Below are positions 24,745 to 33,366 of a stretch of DNA of 37,836 nt, one piece after another. Under the pieces are notes generated by a model, which was not told the origin of the DNA, searched no databases, and saw only the letters and a program-made list of their open reading frames with translations. Positions within the stretch are counted from its first letter, which is position 1; each line of letters begins with the position of its first letter. A program made the translations under genes and the position numbers. Origin of the DNA: Nitrospirota bacterium (GTDB lineage Bacteria; Nitrospirota; Thermodesulfovibrionia; Thermodesulfovibrionales; Dissulfurispiraceae); assembly GCA_037446295.1 (NCBI GenBank), contig JBBIIV010000002.1:1-37836 (forward strand), given 5' to 3'.

Positions 24745-26451
24745 ATGAGAGCCATATCCATAGAGCCATTTACAAATGAACAAAAAATAGCCTATTTTTC
24801 TATGGAAATCGGCATCAAAAGCGAGTTGCATACTTATAGCGGCGGACTTGGCGTGCTTGCTGGCGATACTATTAAGTCTGCAGCCGATTTGAGGCTTCCT
24901 TTGGTGGCTGTAACCCTCCTCACTAAAAAAGGCTATTTCAAACAGGATATTGATATATTCGGCAGGCAGATTGAACTACCTGATGTCTGGGATGTTGCAA
25001 AGTTTTTATTTCCAATGCAAGAGAGAGTGACCGTTTCAATTGAAGGTAGAGTTGTTTTAATAGGCTGTTGGCTTTATGTCGTAGAAAGCGCCACTGGAGG
25101 TAAGATTCCCATATTATTTCTTGATTCCGATCAGCCTGAAAATCACCCTGATGACAGAGAAATCACCCATTACCTTTATGGCGGAGATACTTCATACAGG
25201 CTTAAACAGGAAATAGTCCTTGGTATAGGGGGAACGAGAATGCTCGAAGAGATGGGTTTTGAGATCAAGAAATACCATATGAATGAAGGTCATTCAAGTT
25301 TTTTGACATTGGAATTACTTAAAAGGCATAAAAAAGACATAGAACGGGTCTGGGATGAGAGGCTTGTATGGGACGCTGACAAGGTTAGGAGTCTCTGCGT
25401 TTTTACTACACATACACCTGTTGCTGCAGGGCACGATAGATTTGGATATCCCCTGATAGAAAAAATAATGGGTGAAATAATCCCGCTTTCCGTAATAAAG
25501 GAATTTGCAGGCCGTGATAGCCTTAACATGACAATGTTAGGCATTAATCTCAGCAATTATATCAATGGAGTTGCAAAAAAGCATGGTGAGGTCTCGAAAA
25601 GCATGTTTCCCGGCTACGAGATTCATGCTATAACAAATGGCGTTCATTCATTTACTTGGACATGCGAGAGTTTTAGAAAACTTTTTGATAAATATCTTCC
25701 AGGCTGGGCAAATGAACCCGAGATATTTGTAAGAGTTGGGCGCATCCCCGATGATGAGTTATGGGAAGCCCACATGGAAGCCAAGAAAAAACTTATTGAC
25801 TATGTGAACCGCGAGACCCAGGTGGGGATGAATTACGAAACTCTTACAATTGGTTTTGCAAGGCGGGCAACTGCTTATAAAAGGGCTGACTTGCTCTTCG
25901 CAGACCCCGAGAGACTTGCCCAGATCGCTGAAGGAAGAATACAGATTATATATGCCGGCAAGGCTCATCCGAAAGATGATGGTGGAAAGCAGTTGATAAA
26001 GCATATATTTGAGATCAAGGAGAGGCTTAAAAATAAAATAAAGATTGCATATCTAAAAAATTATGATATGGATCTAGCTTTAAAGCTTATTTCAGGCGTT
26101 GATCTTTGGCTGAATACTCCGATGAGGCCTTTCGAGGCTTCAGGGACGAGCGGCATGAAAGCTACTCACAACGGGGTGCCCAATTTTAGCGTTCTTGACG
26201 GCTGGTGGATAGAAGGGCATATAGAAGGTTATACTGGATGGTCAATTGGGCCATCACCTGACATCATAGCAGATCCTAAAAGAGATGCTGATGACCTTTA
26301 TTCAAAGCTTGAAAAGATAATTATACCTACTTTTTATAACGATAAGTTTTACTGGATTAAGACCATGGAAAACGCCATTGGCAAAAACGCATATTATTTC
26401 AACAGCCATAGGATGATGAGGCTTTATGTAACGGAAGCTTATATAAGGTAG
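24745..26451 (+). CDS. glgP: alpha-glucan family phosphorylase (GT35)
   Basis: IAYFSMEIG...YSGGLGVLAGD, HMNEGHS, TTHTPVAAGHD, NGVAKKHG, the PLP-lysine region EASGTSGMKATHNG, and LDGWW. Confidence 0.85.
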   Translation: MRAISIEPFTNEQKIAYFSMEIGIKSELHTYSGGLGVLAGDTIKSAADLRLPLVAVTLLTKKGYFKQDIDIFGRQIELPDVWDVAKFLFPMQERVTVSIEGRVVLIGCWLYVVESATGGKIPILFLDSDQPENHPDDREITHYLYGGDTSYRLKQEIVLGIGGTRMLEEMGFEIKKYHMNEGHSSFLTLELLKRHKKDIERVWDERLVWDADKVRSLCVFTTHTPVAAGHDRFGYPLIEKIMGEIIPLSVIKEFAGRDSLNMTMLGINLSNYINGVAKKHGEVSKSMFPGYEIHAITNGVHSFTWTCESFRKLFDKYLPGWANEPEIFVRVGRIPDDELWEAHMEAKKKLIDYVNRETQVGMNYETLTIGFARRATAYKRADLLFADPERLAQIAEGRIQIIYAGKAHPKDDGGKQLIKHIFEIKERLKNKIKIAYLKNYDMDLALKLISGVDLWLNTPMRPFEASGTSGMKATHNGVPNFSVLDGWWIEGHIEGYTGWSIGPSPDIIADPKRDADDLYSKLEKIIIPTFYNDKFYWIKTMENAIGKNAYYFNSHRMMRLYVTEAYIR

Positions 26452-26661
26452 ATTTAAAGGTATTTATTGATTTAAAACTGGTTATAAATAAACAACCGTT
26501 TAGATTTGTTTGAGAATTCAGGTTAGCGCTTTTTGTTAAATATGGTGAAATCTTTTATCCCGAAATGGGTTTAAAGGTTATTTCTCTCACTGTCATTTAA
26601 CTCCTTTGAATCTCAATTTATAAACTTAAATATAAATTTTAAAATAAAACAGACGACCGAA

Positions 26662-27855
26662 ATGGCAATATTTTCATATCGAGCAACTACTCATCAAGGG
26701 GCGATAATAGAAGGCAATATTGAAGCGCCTGATGAAAAAACAGCTGTTGAAAGACTGAGAAATACAGGGGTTATTCCCCTTAAGGTTTTTACTTCAACTG
26801 ATGTAACAAAAAGAAAATTTTTGTTAGGTTCACCAAAGGGAGACCTGCTCACCTTTACTACAGAGCTTTCAGCGCTTTTATCCGCCGGACTTCCTCTTGA
26901 CAGGAGTCTGAATATACTCGCCCAGATATCTGAAAATAAGCATATGAAAGGAATAATCCAATCCATTCTCAAATCAATCAGAGAGGGCAATTCATTTTCC
27001 GATGCCCTCAAGAAGCATCCAGATGTCTTTTCAAGAATTTATATTAATATGATAAGAGCTGGTGAGGCAGGTGGGGTGCTTGATGTCGTGCTCGATAAAC
27101 TTAACGAATATCTTGAGTCATCAAAGGAATTGAAAGACCATATCTTTTCTGCGATGATCTACCCTTCGATTATTATGCTAGCGGGCAGTATTTCGATTAT
27201 TGTTCTGCTTACTTATGTTTTGCCGAAGTTTTCAGCGATATTTGCAGAATTGGGCACTTCAATGCCTTTGCCGACTCAGATATTGCTTACATTCAGTAGT
27301 TCACTCAAGTCATATTGGTGGCTTATACTGATTTTACATATTGCTGGGCTGGTTATACTAAAAAGTTATATAAAAACATCCGCAGGAAGATACAAATGGG
27401 ACCAAATAAAGTTGCGATTATTTAAAGATATCATCACAAAGCTCGAAACAGCAAGATTTTGTAGGACTCTCGGCACACTGATCAAAAGTGGCGTGCCTCT
27501 GCTGCAAGCGTTGAATAACTCAAAAGAGGTTATAAATAACCATGTTATTTCCTCATCTATTGACGCAATCTCCAAGGGTGCAAAGGAAGGAAAGGGAGTT
27601 TCAGATCCGCTTTATAATGCAAAGGTCTTCCCTGAGCTTGCCCTTTCAATGATAAAAGTAGGGGAAGAGACCGGTAATCTTGATGCAATGCTACTCAAGG
27701 TTGCTGAAACATATGAAAAAAGCCTGCGTCTCTCTATCAAGAGGTTTATCAGCCTCCTTGAGCCTGTCATGATACTTTTTATGGGTATCATAATCGGATT
27801 TATTGTGCTTTCGATGCTGATGGCTATATTCAGCATTACAGAAATACCGTTTTAG
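26662..27855 (+). CDS. gspF: type II secretion / type IV pilus platform protein GspF/PilC family
   Basis: Two T2SSF repeats (LSALLSAGLPLDRSL...FSDAL, and LGTLIKSGVPLLQAL...GEETGNLD) and three TM segments. Confidence 0.85.
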   Translation: MAIFSYRATTHQGAIIEGNIEAPDEKTAVERLRNTGVIPLKVFTSTDVTKRKFLLGSPKGDLLTFTTELSALLSAGLPLDRSLNILAQISENKHMKGIIQSILKSIREGNSFSDALKKHPDVFSRIYINMIRAGEAGGVLDVVLDKLNEYLESSKELKDHIFSAMIYPSIIMLAGSISIIVLLTYVLPKFSAIFAELGTSMPLPTQILLTFSSSLKSYWWLILILHIAGLVILKSYIKTSAGRYKWDQIKLRLFKDIITKLETARFCRTLGTLIKSGVPLLQALNNSKEVINNHVISSSIDAISKGAKEGKGVSDPLYNAKVFPELALSMIKVGEETGNLDAMLLKVAETYEKSLRLSIKRFISLLEPVMILFMGIIIGFIVLSMLMAIFSITEIPF

Positions 27856-27856
27856 C

Positions 27857-28318
27857 ATGTTATCAGTTAGTGTCTCCCTAAAGGGAAAAGAAAAATCCGG
27901 CTTTATGCTAATAGAGCTCATAATTGTAGTGTTTTTAATGATACTTATATTGGGGCTCTCTACTGTTTTTTTCGCAAATTCTTTGCCTTCAGCTAGATTT
28001 AACTCAACTGTCAGGGAGATGGCATCTAATATTAAATATGCCAAAACCTTTGCGAAAATCAAGGGAGAAAACCAGCTTTTCTTTATAGATTTCGATTCAA
28101 GGCAATACGGCGTAAACGGCGTAAATGCTAAAGATATGCCCATAGGCATTAATGCCAAGGCGATTAGCCCCCTATACGGTGAGATTTATAAAGGCAGGTA
28201 TCAGGTTGTTATGTTTGCTTCAGGTGGACTTGAAGGAGGGGCTGTAATACTTACAGATGGGAAGAGAGCGGCAACCATTTATCTTGACCCTGTTGTCGGT
28301 TCGATTGTGGTGAAGTGA
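27857..28318 (+). CDS. gspH: minor pseudopilin, GspH/FimT-like
   Basis: Prepilin leader and cleavage/methylation motif KSG-FMLIELIIVV with Glu at +5. GspH-like body (ARFNSTVREMASNIKYAKTFA). It starts 1 nt after the gspF stop. Confidence 0.6.
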   Translation: MLSVSVSLKGKEKSGFMLIELIIVVFLMILILGLSTVFFANSLPSARFNSTVREMASNIKYAKTFAKIKGENQLFFIDFDSRQYGVNGVNAKDMPIGINAKAISPLYGEIYKGRYQVVMFASGGLEGGAVILTDGKRAATIYLDPVVGSIVVK

Positions 28319-28701
28319 TGCGTTTAAACAAGGGATTTACTTTGATTGAGGTAATTGTTGCTCTTTCAATACTTGGCATTGCGGTCACGATAATATTGCA
28401 ACTGTTTTCAGCCAACTTGAAGGCTGTATCTAAGTCCGAGGATTATGTTCATGCATTGGTGCAAGCAGACTTGAAAATGCGTGAATTGTCGCAAACAGAT
28501 GACTTGCCCGAAAAGTCATGGTCTGAAATTACCGAGCAGGGATACAGATTTGATATATCCGTGTCAGATGTATTGAAAGAAAGAACGGAGACCCTTCAGA
28601 CAAGATTGATGGAGGTCCAATTGACAGTGAGTTGGCAGAGGGGCCATCAGAAAAAGTCCCATACGATCAAAACATTAAAGGCAGTGGAGAAGAAGATTTA
28701 A
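28315..28701 (+). CDS. gspI: minor pseudopilin, GspI-like
   Basis: NKG-FTLIEVIVALSILGIA prepilin motif. Small size (128 aa). 4-nt overlap with gspH. Confidence 0.6.
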   Translation: MMRLNKGFTLIEVIVALSILGIAVTIILQLFSANLKAVSKSEDYVHALVQADLKMRELSQTDDLPEKSWSEITEQGYRFDISVSDVLKERTETLQTRLMEVQLTVSWQRGHQKKSHTIKTLKAVEKKI

Positions 28702-29381
28702 TGATATTTAAAAAAACACAAGGGGGGGTTACTTTACTTGAGTTGATGATCTCGATTACATTGCTTGGGATAGTAATGCTCATTATCTTTGGGACCATGA
28801 GGCTCGGATATCGCTCAATAGAAAAAGCTGAAAGAACGATGGAGTTCCTTGAAAGATTAAGGGCGTCTCTTGGAATTATTGAGTCACAACTTCAGTCCCA
28901 AACCCCACTTTTTTATGAAAGAGATGACGAGAAAAAAGTATATTTTGCTGGAACTAACGAATTTATTCAGTTTTCTACAAATTATTCCATTTGGAGCGGA
29001 CAGTTAGGGTATGTAAAGGTTGCTTATAATGTAGAACGAAATACTCAAGGGAAACTAACCTTATACGCCACGGAAAATACAATATCAGTCGAAGATGCTC
29101 GAAAAACTATACTTCTTGATAACATTGATGACATATCATTCAAATATTTTTACAAGGACCCAACAGCAGAACATGGAGAGTGGAGGGATGAGTGGGTGGA
29201 GACATTTTTCCTGCCCGAGATGGTATCTGTCAACATCTTTGACTCATCGAAAAAACTTACATTGACTATGCTGTTTAAGATAAAAAATACACAATTACAT
29301 GCTACACCTGTTCAGCCGGCAAGAGAACCCGGAAGACAAGCGCCAAAAAGGGGCGGAGAACTTCCAAGGAAAAGTAGTTGA
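28701..29381 (+). CDS. gspJ: minor pseudopilin, GspJ-like
   Basis: Start moved to ATG 28701 (a TAATG overlap with the gspI stop), giving MIFKKTQGG-VTLLELMISITLLGIV with Glu at +5. Size and position fit GspJ. The basic, Pro-rich C-terminal tail is atypical. Confidence 0.55.
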   Translation: MIFKKTQGGVTLLELMISITLLGIVMLIIFGTMRLGYRSIEKAERTMEFLERLRASLGIIESQLQSQTPLFYERDDEKKVYFAGTNEFIQFSTNYSIWSGQLGYVKVAYNVERNTQGKLTLYATENTISVEDARKTILLDNIDDISFKYFYKDPTAEHGEWRDEWVETFFLPEMVSVNIFDSSKKLTLTMLFKIKNTQLHATPVQPAREPGRQAPKRGGELPRKSS

Positions 29382-29388
29382 TATTTAC

Positions 29389-30336
29389 ATGGTAAAAAAG
29401 CAGGAAGGTATTATACTCATAATTGTGCTTTGGGTGTTGACCATTTTAATGGTCATTGTCTTGTCTTTTTCGGTAATGACTCGATCTGAGACATTTGCCT
29501 CTCTTGCCTTCAGGGAAGGGGTTGATAAAAAATTTATTGCGGAAGCCGGTATAGAGCGCGCTATTATTGAACTTTTTTACAGAAACAAATATCGTGGATA
29601 CTCCATGCTCGAAGATGAAAAGAAGGTATGGCGGACAGACGCCACTCCCTATACAATCTCTTTTTCAGATGGATGGTTTATTGTAAGAATCTCCGATGAA
29701 TTAGGCAAAATAGATATAAACAACTTGAATGATTTATCTGGTATAATACTTAAAAATCTTTTGATGAACTCGGGGGTTAAAGAACAAGAAGCGACGGTAA
29801 TAGTTGACTCTATTTTAGACTGGAAGGATGCTGATGATTTTAAGAGGCTTCACGGGGCCGAAAGCGATTATTATATGTCGCTTCCAAAGCCATACCAGGC
29901 AAAAAATGCCAGACTTGACACACTTGAAGAGCTTTTGCTCGTAAAAGGCATGGGTCCTGATATCCTTTATGGTGGTAATGGCAAAAAGGGTATAGTAGAT
30001 TTTATTACGATTTATTCTAACAGCAATGCAATTAATATAGTTTCAGCATCCAGAGAAGTTCTTCTCGCAATACCTGGCTTAACCCATGAACTGGTGGATG
30101 AAATAATCACTAAAAGAGAGGCATTGACGTCTGAGGCTTCATTGAACGCAACGATACCCCCTGAAAGTTCTCAATTTATTTCTCAAGGGGGGATTTCCTA
30201 TTTTTATACAATTGAGTCGGCAGGATATAAGACAGGGCAAAAAACACCCTTTGCAATTAAGGCTGGGATAGCAATTGAAGGGAATGCTAAATATAGATAT
30301 TTTTATTACAAAAGTCCGGTGCAATTAAAGCAATGA
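29389..30336 (+). CDS. gspK: minor pseudopilin GspK-like
   Basis: Start at ATG 29389 (MVKKQEGIILIIVLWVLTIL). It lacks Glu+5, as GspK does. T2SSK motifs SILDWKDADD, GAESDYYMSLPKPYQAKNARLDTLEELLLVKGM. Confidence 0.7.
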   Translation: MVKKQEGIILIIVLWVLTILMVIVLSFSVMTRSETFASLAFREGVDKKFIAEAGIERAIIELFYRNKYRGYSMLEDEKKVWRTDATPYTISFSDGWFIVRISDELGKIDINNLNDLSGIILKNLLMNSGVKEQEATVIVDSILDWKDADDFKRLHGAESDYYMSLPKPYQAKNARLDTLEELLLVKGMGPDILYGGNGKKGIVDFITIYSNSNAINIVSASREVLLAIPGLTHELVDEIITKREALTSEASLNATIPPESSQFISQGGISYFYTIESAGYKTGQKTPFAIKAGIAIEGNAKYRYFYYKSPVQLKQ

Positions 30337-31835
30337 CAGGTTTCACATCAATTCAAAAAATATCATCTGTCGCGTCAGGATTTTATTCAGCAGCAGCTCA
30401 TACGATAGCTCCAATCTTTAAAGTTCTCACTTATGATTTTTCAGAGATAATACTGCCTAATAAATCCGTTAGCATCTCGATTGAAGGTTTAGGGGGGTCA
30501 GTTGCTATTGTTAAAAAATCATTTATGAAATTTAAAGTTAGCGGCATAAAGAAATACCAGATTGATTCACCTTATCCTGAACCAGCACAATTCGCCTCTT
30601 CTGTTTTGCTCGCCATGAGCGAATTAAAGACCGAGAAGTCTCCAGTTACCTTGAGCATCCCTAAATCATGGGCAATAGTGAAGACAATCGAGCTTCCTTT
30701 ATCTGTAAAAGAAAACATAGCAAATGTCCTTTTGTATGAAATGGACAGGATTACGCCTTTTAGCGCTGAAGAAGCCCTATACGATTTCAAGATAGTAAGT
30801 GAAATAGACGGTAAGATTAGAGTCTTGCTTGCTGTAGCAAGAAGCCAGCTTATCCAGCCTTATCTTGATGCTTTAAGTGAGAAGGGAATCACCGTAAGCA
30901 AACTGACACTTAATATTTCTGCAATCCAAACCCTTATTAATTATATCGACAACGAGCGCCCCATTATATATTTAGAGATCGATGAAAATAGATACGAGGG
31001 TGCTTTTTTTACTGATTTTGCAAGTTTTAGTTCCTTTGCAGGAGAATTTAAGACATCAGACGATAAAGAACAGATAACCCAGATTGCCGAAAATATCAGT
31101 CTGGTCATTAATGGCGAGGGTAGGACTGGAGTATCCCCAAGGATTTATACCCTTTTTAAAAATAAAACCCCTGCATTCAAAGAGATGTTCAAAGCTGGAC
31201 TGAACAAGCCCATTAAGGCATTGGACGAAATTGATACGAAAATAAGCTTCAGCGGGGCTAAAGATATAGTCTCATATTATTCAGTAGGCGGCGGTTTAGA
31301 AACCATCATGCAAAAATCAACAGGTTTCAACCTCCTCACCAGGGGGCTTAAATCCAGAGAGCGTAAGCCTTTTGCCTTGACTGTAATATTTTTGGTAGTG
31401 CTTGCAGCCATTGGGATTTTTTATGCCCTTGCCCCTCTTTATATTGAAAACAGAAAGATTGAAGAAATTGACCGACAGATTCAAGCCAGAAAAGACGAGG
31501 TTAAAAAAGTCGAAGCCTTAAAAAAAGATATTGAATTACTCAATAAGGATATAGATACAATCAATAGTTTTAAGAAAGATAGGCATATGACTTTAAACAT
31601 ATTGAAGGAATTTACAACTGTCGTTCCGAAAGGGGCTTGGCTTACCCGTATAAGGATTACGGATAAAGTCGTGGAGATTGAAGGGTATGCAGCCTCGGCA
31701 ACCGATCTGCTTCCAAAGTTAGAGGCATCAGGACTGCTCCAGAAGGTTGAGTTTGCATCCCCCACTTTTAGAGATGCAAGGATGAATATGGATAGATTCA
31801 ATATAAAGATGGAGATTGAAGAGCTTAAGAAATGA
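30333..31835 (+). CDS. gspL: GspL-like assembly protein (PilM-like cytoplasmic domain, TM, PilN-like periplasmic domain)
   Basis: 500 aa. A single TM helix (LTVIFLVVLAAIGIFYALAPL) lies about two-thirds of the way along, followed by a coiled coil and a PilN-like C-terminus (VVEIEGYAASATDLLPKLEAS). 4-nt overlaps with both neighbours. Confidence 0.5.
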   Translation: MTGFTSIQKISSVASGFYSAAAHTIAPIFKVLTYDFSEIILPNKSVSISIEGLGGSVAIVKKSFMKFKVSGIKKYQIDSPYPEPAQFASSVLLAMSELKTEKSPVTLSIPKSWAIVKTIELPLSVKENIANVLLYEMDRITPFSAEEALYDFKIVSEIDGKIRVLLAVARSQLIQPYLDALSEKGITVSKLTLNISAIQTLINYIDNERPIIYLEIDENRYEGAFFTDFASFSSFAGEFKTSDDKEQITQIAENISLVINGEGRTGVSPRIYTLFKNKTPAFKEMFKAGLNKPIKALDEIDTKISFSGAKDIVSYYSVGGGLETIMQKSTGFNLLTRGLKSRERKPFALTVIFLVVLAAIGIFYALAPLYIENRKIEEIDRQIQARKDEVKKVEALKKDIELLNKDIDTINSFKKDRHMTLNILKEFTTVVPKGAWLTRIRITDKVVEIEGYAASATDLLPKLEASGLLQKVEFASPTFRDARMNMDRFNIKMEIEELKK

Positions 31836-32383
31836 CAAAGCATAAACTTTTGATATTATTTATACCTTTGTTTATTATTCTGTTTAGCCTTGTAATTTAT
31901 GAATATGGGTATCGATCAGTTCAGGAAGAACTGGCGATCGCTAACGAATCATCAGCTGTAAAAACAAAAACCCTTGAGAGATATATCCAGCTCATAGCTG
32001 AAAAACCTGAACTTGAGAAATCTTTGGCATCTCTAAGGGAACTAAGAAAGACTGACGAAGCAAAGCTTGTCGAAGGACAGACCCTCTCACTTGCTGCCGC
32101 GACCTTGCAGGAAACTGTTAAGGGAATCATAACGAGCAGGGGAGGCACCATATCGAGCGAGAGGGTTGGGAAGCCCGATAATCTGGGGAGTTTTAAGGTT
32201 ATAAGTGTCAGTATAGATGTCGTCGTCCCTGATACGAGAGTGCTTAGCGACATTATTTATTCCATAGAGACGCGGACACCTTATCTTGCTGTAAAAGAGA
32301 TTGATACAAGGGTTAGGAATCACAGGGAACCAAGGGAGCTTATTGTAAAGCTCGATGTTTTAGCCCTTTCAGCCGTTAAGTAA
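31832..32383 (+). CDS. gspM: GspM/PilO-like inner-membrane assembly protein
   Basis: N-terminal TM (LLILFIPLFIILFSLVIY), a coiled coil, then a small alpha/beta C-terminal domain. Called mainly from operon position after the gspL-like gene. Confidence 0.4.
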   Translation: MTKHKLLILFIPLFIILFSLVIYEYGYRSVQEELAIANESSAVKTKTLERYIQLIAEKPELEKSLASLRELRKTDEAKLVEGQTLSLAAATLQETVKGIITSRGGTISSERVGKPDNLGSFKVISVSIDVVVPDTRVLSDIIYSIETRTPYLAVKEIDTRVRNHREPRELIVKLDVLALSAVK

Positions 32384-32396
32384 AGGAGAAAAATTT

Positions 32397-33146
32397 ATGC
32401 TGCTTGGCGTGAATGTTGATCATATTGCTACAGTGAGAGAGGCTCGAAAAACCTTTGAACCAGATCCTGTAATAGGGGCTACTTTTGCAATCTTAGGCGG
32501 GGCTGATGGAATAACAGTTCACTTAAGGGAAGACAGGCGGCATATAAATGATAGGGACTTAAGGCTTTTGCGCCAAGTAGTGGCTTGCGAGCTTAACCTC
32601 GAAATGGCTGCTACAGAGGAAATGATTCAGATAGCATTCGAGGTAAAACCAGACCTTGTCACTATCGTTCCAGAAAATCGGCATGAATTGACCACGGAAG
32701 GCGGTCTGGATGTTGCGGGGCAGCGAGAGCATCTCACGGAGGCTATAGGAAGGCTTAAGAGAGCTGGCATACGTGTAAGTCTGTTTATTAATCCATATGT
32801 TTCAGATGTGGAGCTTTCGGCAGAGATCGGAGCTGATATGGTTGAGATCCATACAGGATTGTATGCTAATGCCAAAGGCAAAAAACAGCAGGAAGAACTA
32901 CACAATGTTATTGAGGCAGCAAAAACAGGTAACGGGGTTGGATTATTGGTCAATGCAGGACATGGACTGACATACCATAATGTCAACAATATTGCCTCCG
33001 TAAGCAATATCAGAGGGCTTTATATTGGACACAGCATCATATCGAGAGCGGTATTAATCGGGATTAAGAGCGCAGTGATGCAGATGAAGGATCTAATAAA
33101 TCTGCATAGTATCGTGAGGCATTGTAATGAAATGCAAAAACTGTGA
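32397..33146 (+). CDS. pdxJ: pyridoxine 5'-phosphate synthase
   Basis: LLGVNVDHIATVREAR, ITVHLREDRRHI, LNLEMA, IVPE, VSLFI, VEIHTG and NAGHGL are hallmark PdxJ motifs. Confidence 0.92.
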   Translation: MLLGVNVDHIATVREARKTFEPDPVIGATFAILGGADGITVHLREDRRHINDRDLRLLRQVVACELNLEMAATEEMIQIAFEVKPDLVTIVPENRHELTTEGGLDVAGQREHLTEAIGRLKRAGIRVSLFINPYVSDVELSAEIGADMVEIHTGLYANAKGKKQQEELHNVIEAAKTGNGVGLLVNAGHGLTYHNVNNIASVSNIRGLYIGHSIISRAVLIGIKSAVMQMKDLINLHSIVRHCNEMQKL

Positions 33147-33294
33147 TGGCGAAATAAGGCTTATTATCAATTGAGCATCGGTATATTTATGCTGCAAGGT
33201 TTGCAGCAAGATCTATCAACTTTCAGAATATATTGATGAGATTGATGATGCCATGTGGAGTATGATTAGCCTAAGACCGAGCAATAGGGCATAA
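33127..33294 (+). CDS. candidate small dual-CxxC protein that needs read-through of an in-frame TGA (possible selenocysteine at codon 16); alternatively a pseudogene
   Basis: ATG at 33127 with GTGAGG 7 nt upstream. The translation is MKCKNCDGEIRLIIN, then TGA (33172-33174), then ASVYLCCKVCSKIYQLSEYIDEIDDAMWSMISLRPSNRA, then TAA (33292-33294), all in one frame. It is too short to appear in the supplied ORF track. Confidence 0.35.
33190..33208 (+). promoter_or_regulatory. hairpin with GGU apical loop downstream of the in-frame TGA (candidate bacterial SECIS)
   Basis: TGCTGCAA (33190-33197), GGT loop, TTGCAGCA (33201-33208). This is a perfect 8-bp stem. The loop begins 26 nt after the U of the UGA. 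Confidence 0.3.
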
Positions 33295-33366
33295 CTTTTT
33301 CTTTTTTTATAACCTCTTGTATTCATCATTATTAAGTCGGATCCCAATAAACCCTGGGCTATAAAT

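Noticed and set aside
752-32323. Many 60-190-aa ORFs in the track lie antisense to, or out of frame within, the large genes. Examples are 1648-2220, 7564-7935, 10871-11266, 17305-17718, 19935-20465, 27691-28158, 31481-31843 and 32627-33007.
   Set aside because: They sit entirely inside confidently recognisable genes on the other strand or frame. Their composition is low-complexity and Ser/Leu/Ile-rich, which is typical of shadow ORFs in AT-rich DNA. None shows a recognisable motif or RBS.
33172-33174. The in-frame TGA might reflect genome-wide stop-codon reassignment (TGA read as Gly or Trp).
   Set aside because: TGA terminates several well-defined genes here (pdxJ at 33144-33146, gspH at 28316-28318, gspJ at 29379-29381) at positions consistent with normal protein lengths. 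A global reassignment is not supported.
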